NCBI GenBank assembly: GCA_964016885.1
Contig: OZ024741.1
Coordinates: forward strand, 408,084,001 to 408,148,000
Length of the DNA stretch: 64,000 nt
Direction of reading: 5' to 3'
Origin: Eledone cirrhosa
Taxonomy: Eukaryota
Shown here: piece after piece, positions 9,701 through 25,000 of the stretch
How the letters are laid out: each line of letters starts with the position of its first letter
Numbering within the stretch: position 1 is the first letter of the stretch
Translations under genes and position numbers: made by a program
Notes under the pieces: generated by a model
The model's input: the letters and a program-made list of their open reading frames with translations, nothing else
Told to the model about the DNA's origin: nothing
The model's database searches: none

Positions 9701-12700
9701 AATTGGAAGGTTAAAAGGTTTGTGGGGTGGGTGGCTGCGTAACTGGAAGGTTAAAAGTTTTCTTGGGTGGATGGCTGGGTAACTGGAAGGTTAGCAGGTT
9801 TGTTGGGTGGATGGCTGAGTAACTGGAATGTTAACAGGTAAGTTGGGTGGATGGCTGGGTAACTAGAAAGTTAGCAAGCTTGTTGGGTGGATGGCTGGGT
9901 AACTGGAAGCTTAATAGGTTTGTGTGGTAGATGGCTGGATACTGGAAGGTTAGCAGGTTTGTTGGGTGGATGACTGGGTAACTGGAAGGTTAACATGTTT
10001 GTTGGGCCGGTGGCTGGTTAACTGGAAGGTTAACAGATTTGTTGGGTGGAAGGCTGGGTAACTGGAAGGAGAGCAGTTTCGTTGGGTAAATTCCTGGGTA
10101 ACTGGAAGGTTAACAGGTTTGTGGGGTGGATGGCTGGGTAACTGGAAGGTTAACAGATTTGTTGGGTGGAAGGCTGGGTAACTGGAAGGAGAGCAGTTTC
10201 GTTGGGTAAATTCCTGGGTAACTGGAAGGTTAACAGGTTTGTGGGGTGGATGGCTGATTAACTGGTAGGTTAACAGGTTTGTTGGGTGGATGGCTGGATA
10301 ACTGGAAGATTAACAGGTTTGTGGGGTGGATGGTTGGGTAACTGGAGGGTTAACAGGTTTGCGGGGTGGATGGCTGGATAACTGGAAGATTAACAGGTTT
10401 GTGGGGTGGATGGCTGGGTAACTGGAGGGTTAACAGGTTTGTGGGGTGGATGGCTGGATAACTGGAAGATTAACAGGTTTGTGGGGTGGATGGCTGGGTA
10501 ACTGGAAGGTTAACAGGTTTGTTGGGTGGATGACTGGGTAACTGGAAGGTTAACAGGTTTGTTGGGTGGTGGCTGGGTAACTGGAAGGTTAGCAGGTTTG
10601 TTGGGTGGATGGCTGGGTAACTGGAAGATTAACAGGTTTGTGGGGTGGATGGCTGGGTAACTGGAGGGTTAACAGGTTTGTGGGGTGGATGGCTGGATAA
10701 CTGGAAGATTAACAGGTTTGTGGGGTGGATGGCCGGGTAACTGGAAGGTTAACAGGTTTGTTGGGTGGATGACTGGGTAACTGGAAGGTTAACAGGTTTG
10801 TTGGGTGGATGGCTGGGTAACTGGAAGGTTAGCAGGTTTGTTGGGTAGATGGATGGGTAACTGGAAGGTTAGCATGTTTGTTGGGTGGATGGCTGAGTAA
10901 CTGGAAGATTAACAGGTTTGTTGGGTGGATGGCTGAGTAACTGGAAGGTTAACATTTTGTGGGGTGGATGGCTGGGTAACTGGAAGGTTAACAGGTTTGT
11001 TGGGTGGATGACTGGGTAACTGGAAGGTTAACATGTTTGTTGGGAGGATGGCTGGGTAACTGGAAGGTTAACAGGTTTGTGGGGTGGATGGCTGGGTAAC
11101 TGGAAGGTTAACAGGTTTGTTGGGTGGATGACTGGGTAACTGGAAGGTTAACAGGTTTGTTGGGTGGATGGCTGGGTAACTGGAAGATTAGCAGGTTTGT
11201 TGGGTGGATGGCTGGGTGTTTGGAAGATTAGAAGGTTTGTTGGGTGGATGGCCGAGTAACTGGAAGATTAACAGGTTTGTTGGGTGGATGGCTGGGTAAC
11301 TGGAAGGTTAGCATGTTTGTTGGGAGGATGGCTGGGTAACTGGAAGGTTAGCGGGTTTGTCGGGTGGATGGCTGGGTAACTGGAAGGTTAGCGGGTTTGT
11401 TGGGTGGCTGGCTGGATAACTGGAACTTAGCAGGTTTGTTGGGTGGATGACTGGGTAACTGGAAGGTTAACATGTTTGTTGGGAGGATGGCTGGGTAACT
11501 GGAAGGTTAACAGGTTTGTGGGGTGGATGGCTGGGTAACTGGAAGGTTAACAGGTTTGTTGGGTGGATGACTGGGTAACTGGAAGGTTAACAGGTTTGTT
11601 GGGTGGATGGCTGGGTAACTGGAAGATTAGCAGGTTTGTTGGGTGGATGGCTGGGTATTTGGAAGATTAGAAGGTTTGTTGGGTGGATGGCTGAGTAACT
11701 GGAAGATTAACAGGTTTGTTGGGTGGATGGCTGGGTAACTGGAAGGTTAGCATGTTTTTTGGGAGGATAGCTGGGTAACTGGAAAGTTAGCGGGTTTGTC
11801 GGGTGGCTGGCTGGGTAACTGGAAGATTAGCGGGTTTGTTGGGTGGCTGGCTGGATAACTGGAACTTAGCGGGTTTGTTGGGTGGATGGCTGGGTAACTG
11901 GAAGGTTAACAGGTTTGTTGGATGGATGGCTGAGTAACTGGAAGGTAAAAAGGTGTGTTGGGTGGATGGCTGGGTAACTGGAAGGTTAGCAGGTTTGTTG
12001 GGTGGATGGATGGGTAACTGGAACTTAGCAGGTTTGTTGGGTGGATGGCTGAGTAACTGGAAGGTTAACAGTTTTGTTGGGTGGATTCCTGGGTAACTGG
12101 AAGGTTAGCAGGTTTGTTGGGTGGATGGCTGGGTAACTGGAAGATTAACAGGTTTGTTGGGTGGATGGCTGGGTAACTGGAAGGTTAACAGGAAAGTTGG
12201 GTGGATGGCTGGGTAACTGGAAGGTTAACAGGTTTGTTGAGTGGATGGCTGGGTAATGGAAGTTTAGCAGGTTTGCTGGGTGGATGGCTGAGTAACTGGA
12301 AGGTTAACAGGTTTGTTGGGTTGATGGCTGAGCAACTGGAAGGTTAGCAGGTTTGTTGGGTGGATGGCTGAGTAACTGGAAGGTTAACAGGTTTGTTGGG
12401 AGGATGGCTGTGTAACTGGAAGGTTAACAGGTTTGTTGGGTGGATGGCTGAGTAACTGGAAGGTTAAAAGGTTTGTTGGGTGGATGGCTGGGTAACTGGA
12501 AGGTTAGCAGGTTTGTTGGGTGGATGACTGAGTAACTGGAAGGTTAACAGTTTTGTTGGGTAGATTCCTGGGTGACTGGAAGGTTAGCAGGTTTGTTGGG
12601 TGGATGGCTGAGTAACTGGAAGGTTAATAGGTTTGTTGGGTGGATGGCTGAGTAACTGGAAGGTTAATAGGTTTGTTGGGTGGATGGCTGAGTAACTGGA

Positions 12701-15700
12701 AGGTTAACAGGTTTGTTGGGTGGATGGCTGGGTAACTGGAAGGTTAATAGTTTTGTTGGGTGGACGGCTGAGTAACTGGAAGGTTAATAGGTTTGTTGGG
12801 TGGATGGCTGAGTAACTGGAAGGTTAACAGGTTTGTTGGGTGGATGGCTGAGTAACTGGAAGGTTAACAGGTTTGTTGGGTGGATGTCTGGGTAACTGTA
12901 AGGTTAGCAGGTTTGTTGGGTGGATGGCTGAGTAACTGGAAGGTTAACAGTTTTGTTGGGTGTATTCCTGGGTAACTGGAAGGTTAGCAGGTTTGTTGGG
13001 TTGATGGCTGAGTAACTGGAAGGTTAATAGGTTTGTTGGGTGGATGACTGAGTAACTGGAAGGTTAATAGGTTTGTTGGGTGGATGGCTGAGTAACTGGA
13101 AGGTAAACAGGTTTGTTGGGTGGATGGCTGGGTAACTGGAAGTTTAGCAGGTTTTTTGGGTGGATGGCTGGGTAACTGGAAGGTTAGCAGGTTTGTTGGG
13201 TGGATGGCTGGGTAACTGGAGGTTAGAAGGTATGTTGGGTGAATGGCTGGGTAACTGGAAGGTGAGCAGGTTTGTTAGGTGAATGGTGGGGGTAACTGGA
13301 AGGTTAGCAGGTTTGTTGGGTGAATGGTTGGGTAACTGGAAGGTTAGCAGGTTTGTTGGATGGATGGCTGGGTAACTGGAAGGTTAGAAGGTTTGTTGGG
13401 TGAATGGCTGGGTAACTGGAAGGTTAACAAATTTGATGGGTGGATGGCTGGGTAACTGGAAGCTTAGAAGGTTTGTTGTGTGGATGGCTGGGTAACTGGA
13501 AGGTTAGCAGGTTTGTTGGGTGGATGGCTGTGTAACTGGAAGGTTAGCAGGTTTGTTGGGTGGATGGCTGGGTAACTGGAAGGTTAGAAGTTTTGTTGGG
13601 TGGATGGCTGGGTAACTGGAAGGTTAGCAGGTTTGTTGGGGGGATGGCTGGGTAACTGGAAGGTTAGAAGGTTTGTTGGGTGGATGGCTGGGTAACTAGA
13701 AGGTTAGCAGGTTTGTTGGGTGGATGGCTGGATAACTGGAAGGTTAACAGGTAAGTTGGGTGGATGGCTGGGTAACTAGAAAGTTAGCAAGCTTGTTGGG
13801 TGGATGGCTGGGTAACTGGAAGCTTAATAGGTTTGTGTGGTAGATGGCTGGATACTGGAAGGTTAGCAGGTTTGTTGGGTGGATGACTGGGTAACTGGAA
13901 GGTTAACATGTTTGTTGGGCCGGTGGCTGGTTAACTGGAAGGTTAACAGATTTGTTGGGTGGAAGGCTGGGTAACTGGAAGGAGAGCAGTTTCGTTGGGT
14001 AAATTCCTGGGTAACTGGAAGGTTAACAGGTTTGTGGGGTGGATGGCTGGGTAACTGGAAGGTTAACAGATTTGTTGGGTGGAAGGCTGGGTAACTGGAA
14101 GGAGAGCAGTTTCGTTGGGTAAATTCCTGTGTAACTGGAAGGTTAACAGGTTTGTGGGGTGGATGGCTGAGTAACTGGTAGGTTAACAGGTTTGTTGGGT
14201 GGATGGCTGGATAACTGGAAGATTAACAGGTTTGTGGGGTGGATGGCTGGGTAACTGGAGGGTTAACAGGTTTGCGGGGTGGATGGCTGGATAACTGGAA
14301 GATTAACAGGTTTGTGGGGTGGATGGCTGGGTAACTGGAGGGTTAACAGGTTTGTGGGGTGGATGGCTGGATAACTGGAAGATTAACAGGTTTGTGGGGT
14401 GGATGGCTGGGTAACTGGAAGGTTAACAGGTTTGTTGGGTGGATGACTGGGTAACTGGAAGGTTAACAGGTTTGTTGGGTGGTGGCTGGTTAACTGGAAG
14501 GTTAACAGATTTGTTGGGTGGAAGGCTGGGTAACTGGAAGGAGAGCAATTTAGTTGGGTAAATTCCTGTGTAACTGGAAGGTTAACAGGTTTGTGGGGTG
14601 GATGGCTGGGTAACTGAAAGGTTAACAGATTTGTTGGGTGGAAGGCTGGGTAACTGGAAGGAGAGCAGTTTCGTTGGGTAAATTCCTGGGTAACTGGAAG
14701 GTTAACAGGTTTGTGGGGTGGATGGCTGAGTAACTGGTAGGTTAACAGGTTTGTTGGGTGGATGGCTGGATAACTGGAAGATTAACAGGTTTGTGGGGTG
14801 GATGGCTGGGTAACTGGAGGGTTAACAGGTTTGCGGGGTGGATGGCTGGATAACTGGAAGATTAACAGGTTTGTGGGGTGGATGGCTGGGTAACTGGAGG
14901 GTTAACAGGTTTGTGGGGTGGATGGCTGGATAACTGGAAGATTAACAGGTTTGTGGGGTGGATGGCTGGGTAACTGGAAGGTTAACAGGTTTGTTGGGTG
15001 GATGACTGGGTAACTGGAAGGTTAACAGGTTTGTTGGGTGGTGGCTGGGTAACTGGAAGGTTAGCAGGTTTGTTGGGTGGATGGCTGGGTAACTGGAAGA
15101 TTAACAGGTTTGTGGGGTGGATGGCTGGGTAACTGGAGGGTTAACAGGTTTGTGGGGTGGATGGCTGGATAACTGGAAGATTAACAGGTTTGTGGGGTGG
15201 ATGGCCGGCTAACTGGAAGGTTAACAGGTTTGTTGGGTGGATGACTGGGTAACTGGAAGGTTAACAGGTTTGTTGGGTGGATGGCTGGGTAACTGGAAGG
15301 TTAGCAGGTTTGTTGGGTAGATGGATGGGTAACTGGAAGGTTAGCATGTTTGTTGGGTGGATGGCTGAGTAACTGGAAGTTTAACAGGTTTGTTGGGTGG
15401 ATGGCTGAGTAACTGGAAGGTTAACATGTTTGTGGGGTGGATGGCCGGGTAACTGGAAGGTTAACAGGTTTGTTGGGTGGATGACTGGGTAACTGGAAGG
15501 TTAACAGGTTTGTTGGGTGGATGGCTGGGTAACTGGAAGGTTAGCAGGTTTGTTGGGTAGATGGATGGGTAACTGGAAGGTTAGCATGTTTGTTGGGTGG
15601 ATGGCTGAGTAACTGGAAGGTTAACAGGTTTGTTGGGTGGATGGCTGAGTAACTGGAAGGTTAACATGTTTGTGGGGTGGATGGCTGGGTAACTGGAAGG

Positions 15701-18700
15701 TTAACAGGTTTGTTGGGTGGATGACTGGGTAACTGGAAGGTTAACATGTTTGTTGGGAGGATGGCTGGGTAACTGGAAGGTTAACAGGTTTGTGGGGTGG
15801 ATGGCTGGGTAACTGGAAGGTTAACAGGTTTGTTGGGTGGATGACTGGGTAACTGGAAGGTTAACAGGTTTGTTGGGTGGATGGCTGGGTAACTGGAAGA
15901 TTAGCAGGTTTGTTGGGTGGATGGCTGGGTGTTTGGAAGATTAGAAGGTTTGTTGGGTGGATGGCTGAGTAACTGGAAGATTAACAGGTTTGTTGGGTGG
16001 ATGGCTGGGTAACTGGAAGGTTAGCATGTTTGTTGGGAGGATGGCTGGGTAACTGGAAGGTTAGCGGGTTTGTCGGGTGGATGGCTGGGTAACTGGAAGG
16101 TTAGCGGGTTTGTTGGGTGGCTGGCTGGATAACTGGAACTTAGCGGGTTTGTTGGGTGGATGGCTGGGTAACTGGAAGGTTAACAGGTTTGTTGGGTGGA
16201 TGGCTGAGTAACTGGAAGGTTAACAGGGTTGTTGGGCGGATGGCTGGGTAACTGGAAGGTTAGCAGGTTTGTTGGGTGGATTGCTGGATAACTGAAACTT
16301 AGCGTGTTTGTTGGGTGGGTGGCTGGGTAATTGGAAGGTTAAAAGGTTTGTGGGGAGGGTGGCTGCGTAACTGGAAGGTTAAAAGTTTTCTTGGGTGGAT
16401 GGCTGGGTAACTGGAAGGTTAGCAGGTTTGTTGGGTGGATGGCTGAGTAACTGGAATGTTAACAGTTAAGTTGGGTGGATGGCTGGGTAACTAGAAAGTT
16501 AGCAAGCTTGTTGGGTGGATGGCTGGGTAACTGGAAGCTTAATAGGTTTGTGTGGTAGATGGCTGGATACTGGAAGGTTAGCAGGTTTGTTGGGTGGATG
16601 ACTGGGTAACTGGAAGGTTAACATGTTTGTTTAGCCGGTGGCTGGTTAACTGGAAGGTTAACAGATTTGTTGGGTGAATGGCTGGGTAACTGGAAGGAGA
16701 GCAGTTTCGTTGGGTAAATTCCTGGGTAACTGGAAGGTTAACAGGTTTGTGGGGTGGATGGCTGGGTAACTGGAAGGTTAACAGATTTGTTGGGTGGAAG
16801 GCTGGGTAACTGGAAGGAGAGCAGTTTCGTTGGGTAAATTCCTGGGTAACTGGAAGGTTAACAGGTTTGTGGGGTGGATGGCTGAGTAACTGGTAGGTTA
16901 ACAGGTTTGTTGGGTGGATGGCTGGATAACTGGAAGATTAACAGGTTTGTGGGGTGGATGGCTGGGTAACTGGAGGGTTCACAGGTTTGCGGGGTGGATG
17001 GCTGGATAACTGGAAGATTAACAGATTTGTGGGGTGGATGGCTGGGTAACTGGAGGGTTAACAGGTTTGTGGGGTGGATGGCTGGATAACTGGAAGATTA
17101 ACAGGTTTGTGGGGTGGATGGCTGGGTAACTGGAAGGTTAACAGGTTTGTTGGGTGGATGACTGGGTAACTGGAAGGTTAACAGGTTTGTTGGGTGGTGG
17201 CTGGGTAACTGGAAGGTTAGCAGGTTTGTTGGGTGGATGGCTGGTAAACTGGAAGATTAACAGGTTTGTGGGGTGGATGGCTGGGTAACTGGAGGGTTAA
17301 CAGGTTTGTGGGGTGGATGGCTGGATAACTGGAAGATTAACAGGTTTGTGGGGTGGATGGCTGGGTAACTGGAAGGTTAACAGGTTTGTTGGGTGGATGA
17401 CTGGGTAACTGGAAGGTTAACAGGTTTGTTGGGTGGATGGCTGGGTAACTGGAAGGTTAGCAGGTTTGTTGGGTAGATGGATGGGTAACTGGAAGGTTAG
17501 CATGTTTGTTGGGTGGATGGCTGAGTAACTGGAAGGTTAACAGGTTTGTTGGGTGGATGGCTGAGTAACTGGAAGGTTAACATGTTTGTGGGGTGGATGG
17601 CTGGGTAACTGGAAGGTTAACAGGTTTGTTGGGTGGATGACTGGGTAACTGGAAGGTTAACATGTTTGTTGGGAGGATGGCTGGGTAACTGGAAGGTTAA
17701 CAGGTTTGTGGGGTGGATGGCTGGGTAACTGGAAGGTTAACAGGTTTGTTGGGTGGATGACTGGGTAACTGGAAGGTTAACAGGTTTGTTGGGTGGATGG
17801 CTGGGTAACTGGAAGATTAGCAGGTTTGTTGGGTGGATGGCTGGGTATTTGGAAGATTAGAAGGTTTGTTGGGTGGATGGCTGAGTAACTGGAAGATTAA
17901 CAGGTTTGTTGGGTGGATGGCTGGGTAACTGGAAGGTTAGCATGTTTTTTGGGAGGATGGCTGGGTAACAGGAAAGTTAGCGGGTTTGTCGGGTGGCTGG
18001 CTGGGTAACTGGAAGATTAGCGGGTTTGTTGGGTGGCTGGCTGGATATCTGGAACTTAGCGGGTTTGTTGGGTGGATGGCTGGGTAACTGGAAGGTTAAC
18101 AGGTTTGTTGGATGGATGGCTGAGTAACTGGAAGGTAAAAAGGTGTGTTGGGTGGATGGCTGGGTAACTGGAAGGTTAGCAGGTTTGTTGGGTGGATGGA
18201 TGGGTAACTGGAACTTAGCAGGTTTGTTGGGTGGATGGCTGAGTAACTGGAAGGTTAACAGTTTTGTTGGGTGGATTCCTGGGTAACTGGAAGGTTAGCA
18301 GGTTTGTTGGGTGGATGGCTGGGTAACTGGAAGATTAACAGGTTTGTTGGGTGGATGGCTGGGTAACTGGAAGGTTAACAGGTAAGTTGGGTGGATGGCT
18401 GGGTAACTGGAAGGTTAACAGGTTTGTTGAGTGGATGGCTGGGTAATGGAAGTTTAGCAGGTTTGCTGGGTGGATGGCTGAGTAACTGGAAGGTTAACAG
18501 GTTTGTTGGGTTGATGGCTGAGCAACTGGAAGGTTAGCAGGTTTGTTGGGTGGATGGCTGAGTAACTGGAAGGTTAACAGGTTTGTTGGGAGGATGGCTG
18601 TGTAACTGGAAGGTTAACAGGTTTGTTGGGTGGATGGCTGAGTAACTGGAAGGTTAAAAGGTTTGTTGGGTGGATGGCTGGGTAACTGGAAGGTTAGCAG

Positions 18701-21700
18701 GTTTGTTGGGTGGATGACTGAGTAACTGGAAGGTTAACAGTTTTGTTGGGTAGATTCCTGGGTGACTGGAAGGTTAGCAGGTTTGTTGGGTGGATGGCTG
18801 AGTAACTGGAAGGTTAACAGTTTTGTTGGGTGGATGGCTGAGTAACTGGAAGGTTAATAGGTTTGTTGGGTGGATGGCTGAGTAACTGGAAGGTTAATAG
18901 GTTTGTTGGGTGGATGGCTGAGTAACTGGAAGGTTAACAGGTTTGTTGGGTGGATGGCTGGGTAACTGGAAGGTTAATAGTTTTGTTGGGTGGACGGCTG
19001 AGTAACTGGAAGGTTAATAGGTTTGTTGGGTGGATGGCTGAGTAACTGGAAGGTTAACAGGTTTGTTGGGTGGATGGCTGAGTAACTGGAAGGTTAACAG
19101 GTTTGTTGGGTGGATGTCTGGGTAACTGTAAGGTTAGCAGGTTTGTTGGGTGGATGGCTGAGTAACTGGAAGGTTAACAGTTTTGTTGGGTGTATTCCTG
19201 GGTAACTGGAAGGTTAGCAGGTTTGTTGGGTTGATGGCTGAGTAACTGGAAGGTTAATAGGTTTGTTGGGTGGATGACTGAGTAACTGGAAGGTTAATAG
19301 GTTTGTTGGGTGGATGGCTGAGTAACTGGAAGGTAAACTGGTTTGTTGGGTGGATGGCTGGGTAACTGGAAGTTTAGCAGGTTTGTTGGGTGGATGGCTG
19401 GGTAACTGGAAGGTTAGCAGGTTTGTTGGGTGGATGGCTGGGTAACTGGAGGTTAGAAGGTATGTTGGGTGAATGGCTGGGTAACTGGAAGGTGAGCAGG
19501 TTTGTTAGGTGAATGGTGGGGGTAACTGGAAGGTTAGCAGGTTTGTTGGGTGAATGGTTGGGTAACTGGAAGGTTAGCAGGTTTGTTGGATGGATGGCTG
19601 GGTAACTGGAAGGTTAGAAGGTTTGTTGGGTGAATGGCTGGGTAACTGGAAGGTTAACAGATTTGATGGGTGGATGGCTGGGTAACTGGAAGCTTAGAAG
19701 GTTTGTTGGGTGGATGGCTGGGTAACTGGAAGGTTAGCAGGTTTGTTGGGTGGATGGCTGTGTAACTGGAAGGTTAGCAGGTTTGTTGGATGGATGGCTG
19801 GGTAACTGGAAGGTTAGAAGTTTTGTTGGGTGGATGGCTGGGTAACTGGAAGGTTAGCAGGTTTGTTGGGGGGATGGCTGGGTAACTGGAAGGTTAGAAG
19901 GTTTGTTGGGTGGATGGCTGGGTAACTAGAAGGTTAGCAGGTTTGTTGGGTGGATGGCTGGATAACTGGAAGGTTAGCAGGTAAGTTGGGTGGATGGCTG
20001 GGTAACTGGAAGGTCAGCAGGTGTGTTGGGTGGATTACTGTGTAACTGGAAGGTTAGCAGGTTTGTTGGGTGGATGGCTGGGTAACTGGAAGGTTAGAAG
20101 GTTTGTTGGGTGGATGGCTGGGTAACTGGAAGGTTAGCAGGTTTGTTGGGTGGATGGCTGGGTAACTGGAAGGTTAGAAGGTTTGTTGGGTGGATGGCTG
20201 GGTAACTAGAAGGTTAGCAGGTTTGTTGGGTGAATGGCTGGGTAACTGGAAGGTTAGCAGGTTTGTTGGGTGGATGGCTGGGTAACTGGAAGGTTAGAAG
20301 GTTTGTAGGGTGGATGCCTGGGTAACTGGAAGGTTAGCAGGTTTGTTGGGTGGATGGCTGGGTAACTGGAAGGTTAGCAGGTTTGTTGGGTGGATGGCTG
20401 GGTAACTGGAAGGTTAGAAGGTTTGTTGGGTGGATGGCTGGGTAACTGGAAGGTTAGCAGGTGTGTTGGGTGGATGGCTGGGTATTTGGAAGGTTAACAG
20501 GGTTGTTGGGCGGATGGCTGGGTAACTGGAAGGTTAGCAGGTTTGTTGGGTGGATGGCTGAGTAACTGCAACTTAGCGTGTTTGTTGGGTGGGTGGCTGG
20601 GTAATTGGAAGGTTAAAAGGTTTGTGGGGTGGGTGGCTGCGTAACTGGAAGGTTAAAAGTTTTCTTGGGTGGATGGCTGGGTAACTGGAAGGTTAGCAGG
20701 TTTGTTGGGTGGATGGCTGAGTAACTGGAATGTTAACAGGTAAGTTGGGTGGATGGCTGAGTAACTAGAAAGTTAGCAAGCTTGTTGGGTGGATGGCTGG
20801 GTAACTGGAAGCTTAATAGGTTTGTGTGGTAGATGGCTGGATACTGGAAGGTTAGCAGGTTTGTTGGGTGGATGACTGGGTAACTGGAAGGTTAACATGT
20901 TTGTTGGGCCGGTGGCTGGTTAACTGGAAGGTTAACAGATTTGTTGGGTGGAAGGCTGGGTAACTGGAAGGAGAGCAGTTTCGTTGGGTAAATTCCTGGG
21001 TAACTGGAAGGTTAACAGGTTTGTGGGGTGGATGGCTGGGTAACTGGAAGGTTAACAGATTTGTTGGGTGGAAGGCTGGGTAACTGGAAGGAGAGCAGTT
21101 TCGTTGGGTAAATTCCTGGGTAACTGGAAGGTTAACAGGTTTGTGGGGTGGATGGCTGAGTAACTGGTAGGTTAACAGGTTTGTTGGGTGGATGGCTGGA
21201 TAACTGGAAGATTAACAGGTTTGTGGGGTGGATGGCTGGGTAACTGGAGGGTTAACAGGTTTGCGGGGTGGATGGCTGGATAACTGGAAGATTAACAGGT
21301 TTGTGGGGTGGATGGCTGGGTAACTGGAGGGTTAACAGGTTTGTGGGGTGGATGGCTGGATAACTGGAAGATTAACAGGTTTGTGGGGTGGATGGCTGGG
21401 TAACTGGAAGGTTAACAGGTTTGTTGGGTGGATGACTGGGTAACTGGAAGGTTAACAGGTTTGTTGGGTGGTGGCTGGGTAACTGGAAGGTTAGCAGGTT
21501 TGTTGGGTGGATGGCTGGGTAACTGGAAGATTAACAGGTTTGTGCGGTGGATGGCTGGGTAACTGGAGGGTTAACAGGTTTGTGGGGTGGATGGCTGGAT
21601 AACTGGAAGATTAACAGGTTTGTGGGGTGGATGGCCGGGTAACTGGAAGGTTAACAGGTTTGTTGGGTGGATGACTGGGTAACTGGAAGGTTAACAGGTT

Positions 21701-22039
21701 TGTTGGGTGGATGGCTGGGTAACTGGAAGGTTAGCAGGTTTGTTGGGTAGATGGATGGGTAACTGGAAGGTTAGCATGTTTGTTGGGTGGATGGCTGAGT
21801 AACTGGAAGGTTAACAGGTTTGTTGGGTGGATGGCTGAGTAACTGGAAGGTTAACATGTTTGTGGGGTGGATGGCTGGGTAACTGGAAGGTTAACAGGTT
21901 TGTTGGGTGGATGACTGGGTAACTGGAAGGTTAACATGTTTGTTGGGAGGATGGCTGGGTAACTGGAAGGTTAACAGGTTTGTGGGGTGGATGGCTGGGT
22001 AACTGGAAGGTTAACAGGTTTGTTGGGTGGATGACTGGG

Positions 22040-25000
22040 TAACTGGAAGGTTAACAGGTTTGTTGGGTGGATGGCTGGGTAACTGGAAGATTAGCAGGTT
22101 TGTTGGGTGGATGGCTGGGTGTTTGGAAGATTAGAAGGTTTGTTGGGTGGATGGCTGAGTAACTGGAAGATTAACAGGTTTGTTGGGTGGATGGCTGGGT
22201 AACTGGAAGGTTAGCATGTTTGTTGGGAGGATGGCTGGGTAACTGGAAGGTTAGCGGGTTTGTCGGGTGGATGGCTGGGTAACTGGAAGGTTAGCGGGTT
22301 TGTTGGGTGGCTGGCTGGATAACTGGAACTTAGCGGGTTTGTTGGGTGGATGGCTGGGTAACTGGAAGGTTAACAGGTTTGTTGGGTGGATGGCTGAGTA
22401 ACTGGAAGGTTAACAGGGTTGTTGGGCGGATGGCTGGGTAACTGGAAGGTTAGCAGGTTTGTTGGGTGGATGGCTGAGTAACTGAAACTTAGCGTGTTTG
22501 TTGGGTGGGTGGCTGGGTAATTGGAAGGTTAAAAGGTTTGTGGGGTGGGTGGCTGCGTAACTGGAAGTTTAAAAGTTTTCTTGGGTGGATGGCTGGGTAA
22601 CTGGAAGGTTAGCAGGTTTGTTGGGTGGATGGCTGAGTAACTGGAATGTTAACAGTTAAGTTGGGTGGATGGCTGGGTAACTAGAAAGTTAGCAAGCTTG
22701 TTGGGTGGATGGCTGGGTAACTGGAAGCTTAATAGGTTTGTGTGGTAGATGGCTGGATACTGGAAGGTTAGCAGGTTTGTTGGGTGGATGACTGGGTAAC
22801 TGGAAGGTTAACATGTTTGTTTAGCCGGTGGCTGGTTAACTGGAAGGTTAACAGATTTGTTGGGTGGATGGCTGGGTAACTGGAAGGAGAGCAGTTTCGT
22901 TGGGTAAATTCCTGGGTAACTGGAAGGTTAACAGGTTTGTGGGGTGGATGGCTGGGTAACTGGAAGGTTAACAGATTTGTTGGGTGGAAGGCTGGGTAAC
23001 TGGAAGGAGAGCAGTTTCGTTGGGTAAATTCCTGGGTAACTGGAAGGTTAACAGGTTTGTGGGGTGGATGGCTGAGTAACTGGTAGGTTAACAGGTTTGT
23101 TGGGTGGATGGCTGGATAACTGGAAGATTAACAGGTTTGTGGGGTGGATGGCTGGGTAACTGGAGGGTTAACAGGTTTGCGGGGTGGATGGCTGGATAAC
23201 TGGAAGATTAACAGATTTGTGGGGTGGATGGCTGGGTAACTGGAGGGTTAACAGGTTTGTGGGGTGGATGGCTGGATAACTGGAAGATTAACAGGTTTGT
23301 GGGGTGGATGGCTGGGTAACTGGAAGGTTAACAGGTTTGTTGGGTGGATGACTGGGTAACTGGAAGGTTAACAGGTTAGTTGGGTGGTGGCTGGGTAACT
23401 GGAAGGTTAGCAGGTTTGTTGGGTGGATGGCTGGTAAACTGGAAGATTAACAGGTTTGTGGGGTGGATGGCTGGGTAACTGGAGGGTTAACAGGTTTGTG
23501 GGGTGGATGGCTGGATAACTGGAAGATTAACAGGTTTGTGGGGTGGATGGCTGGGTAACTGGAAGGTTAACAGGTTTGTTGGGTGGATGACTGGGTAACT
23601 GGAAGGTTAACAGGTTTGTTGGGTGGATGGCTGGGTAACTGGAAGGTTAGCAGGTTTGTTGGGTAGATGGATGGGTAACTGGAAGGTTAGCATGTTTGTT
23701 GGGTGGATGGCTGAGTAACTGGAAGGTTAACAGGTTTGTTGGTTGGATGGCTGAGTAACTGGAAGGTTAACATGTTTGTGGGGTGGATGGCTGGGTAACT
23801 GGAAGGTTAACAGGTTTGTTGGGTGGATGACTGGGTAACTGGAAGGTTAACATGTTTGTTGGGAGGATGGCTGGGTAACTGGAAGGTTAACAGGTTTGTG
23901 GGGTGGATGGCTGGGTAACTGGAAGGTTAACATGTTTGTTGGGCCGGTGGCTGGTTAACTGGAAGGTAAACAGATTTGTTGGGTGGAAGGCTGGGTAACT
24001 GGAAGGAGAGCATTTTCGTTGGGTAAATTCCTGGGTAACTGGAAGGTTAACAGGTTTGTGGGGTGGATGGCTGGGTAACTGGAAGGTTAACAGATTTGTT
24101 GGGTGGAAGGCTGGGTAACTGGAAGGAGAGCAGTTTCGTTGGGTAAATTCCTGGGTAACTGGAAGGTTAACAGGTTTGTGGGGTGGATGGCTGAGTAACT
24201 GGTAGGTTAACAGGTTTGTTGGGTGGATGGCTGGATAACTGGAAGATTAACAGGTTTGTGGGGTGGATGGCTGGGTAACTGGAAGGTTAACAGGTTTGTT
24301 GGGTGGTGGCTGGGTAACTGGAGGTTAGCAGGTTTGTTGGGTGGATGGCTGGGTAACTGGAAGATTAACAGGTTTGTGCGGTGGATGGCTGGGTAACTGG
24401 AGGGTTAACAGGTTTGTGGGGTGGATGGCTGGATAACTGGAAGATTTACAGGTTTGTGGGGTGGATGGCCGGGTAACTGGAAGGTTAACAGGTTTGTTGG
24501 GTGGATGACTGGGTAACTGGAAGGTTAACAGGTTTGTTGGGTGGATGGCTGGGTAACTGGAAGGTTAGCAGGTTTGTTGGGTAGATGGATGGGTAACTGG
24601 AAGGTTAGCATGTTTGTTGGGTGGATGGCTGAGTAACTGGAAGGTTAACAGGTTTGTTGGGTGGATGGCTGAGTAACTGGAAGGTTAACATGTTTGTGGG
24701 GTGGATGGCTGGGTAACTGGAAGGTTAACAGGTTTGTTGGGTGGATGACTGGGTAACTGGAAGGTTAACATGTTTGTTGGGAGGATGGCTGGGTAACTGG
24801 AAGGTTAACAGGTTTGTGGGGTGGATGGCTGGGTAACTGGAAGGTTAACAGGTTTGTTGGGTGGATGACTGGGTAACTGGAAGGTTAACAGGTTTGTTGG
24901 GTGGATGGCTGGGTAACTGGAAGATTAGCAGGTTTGTTGGGTGGATGGCTGGGTGTTTGGAAGATTAGAAGGTTTGTTGGGTGGATGGCTGAGTAACTGG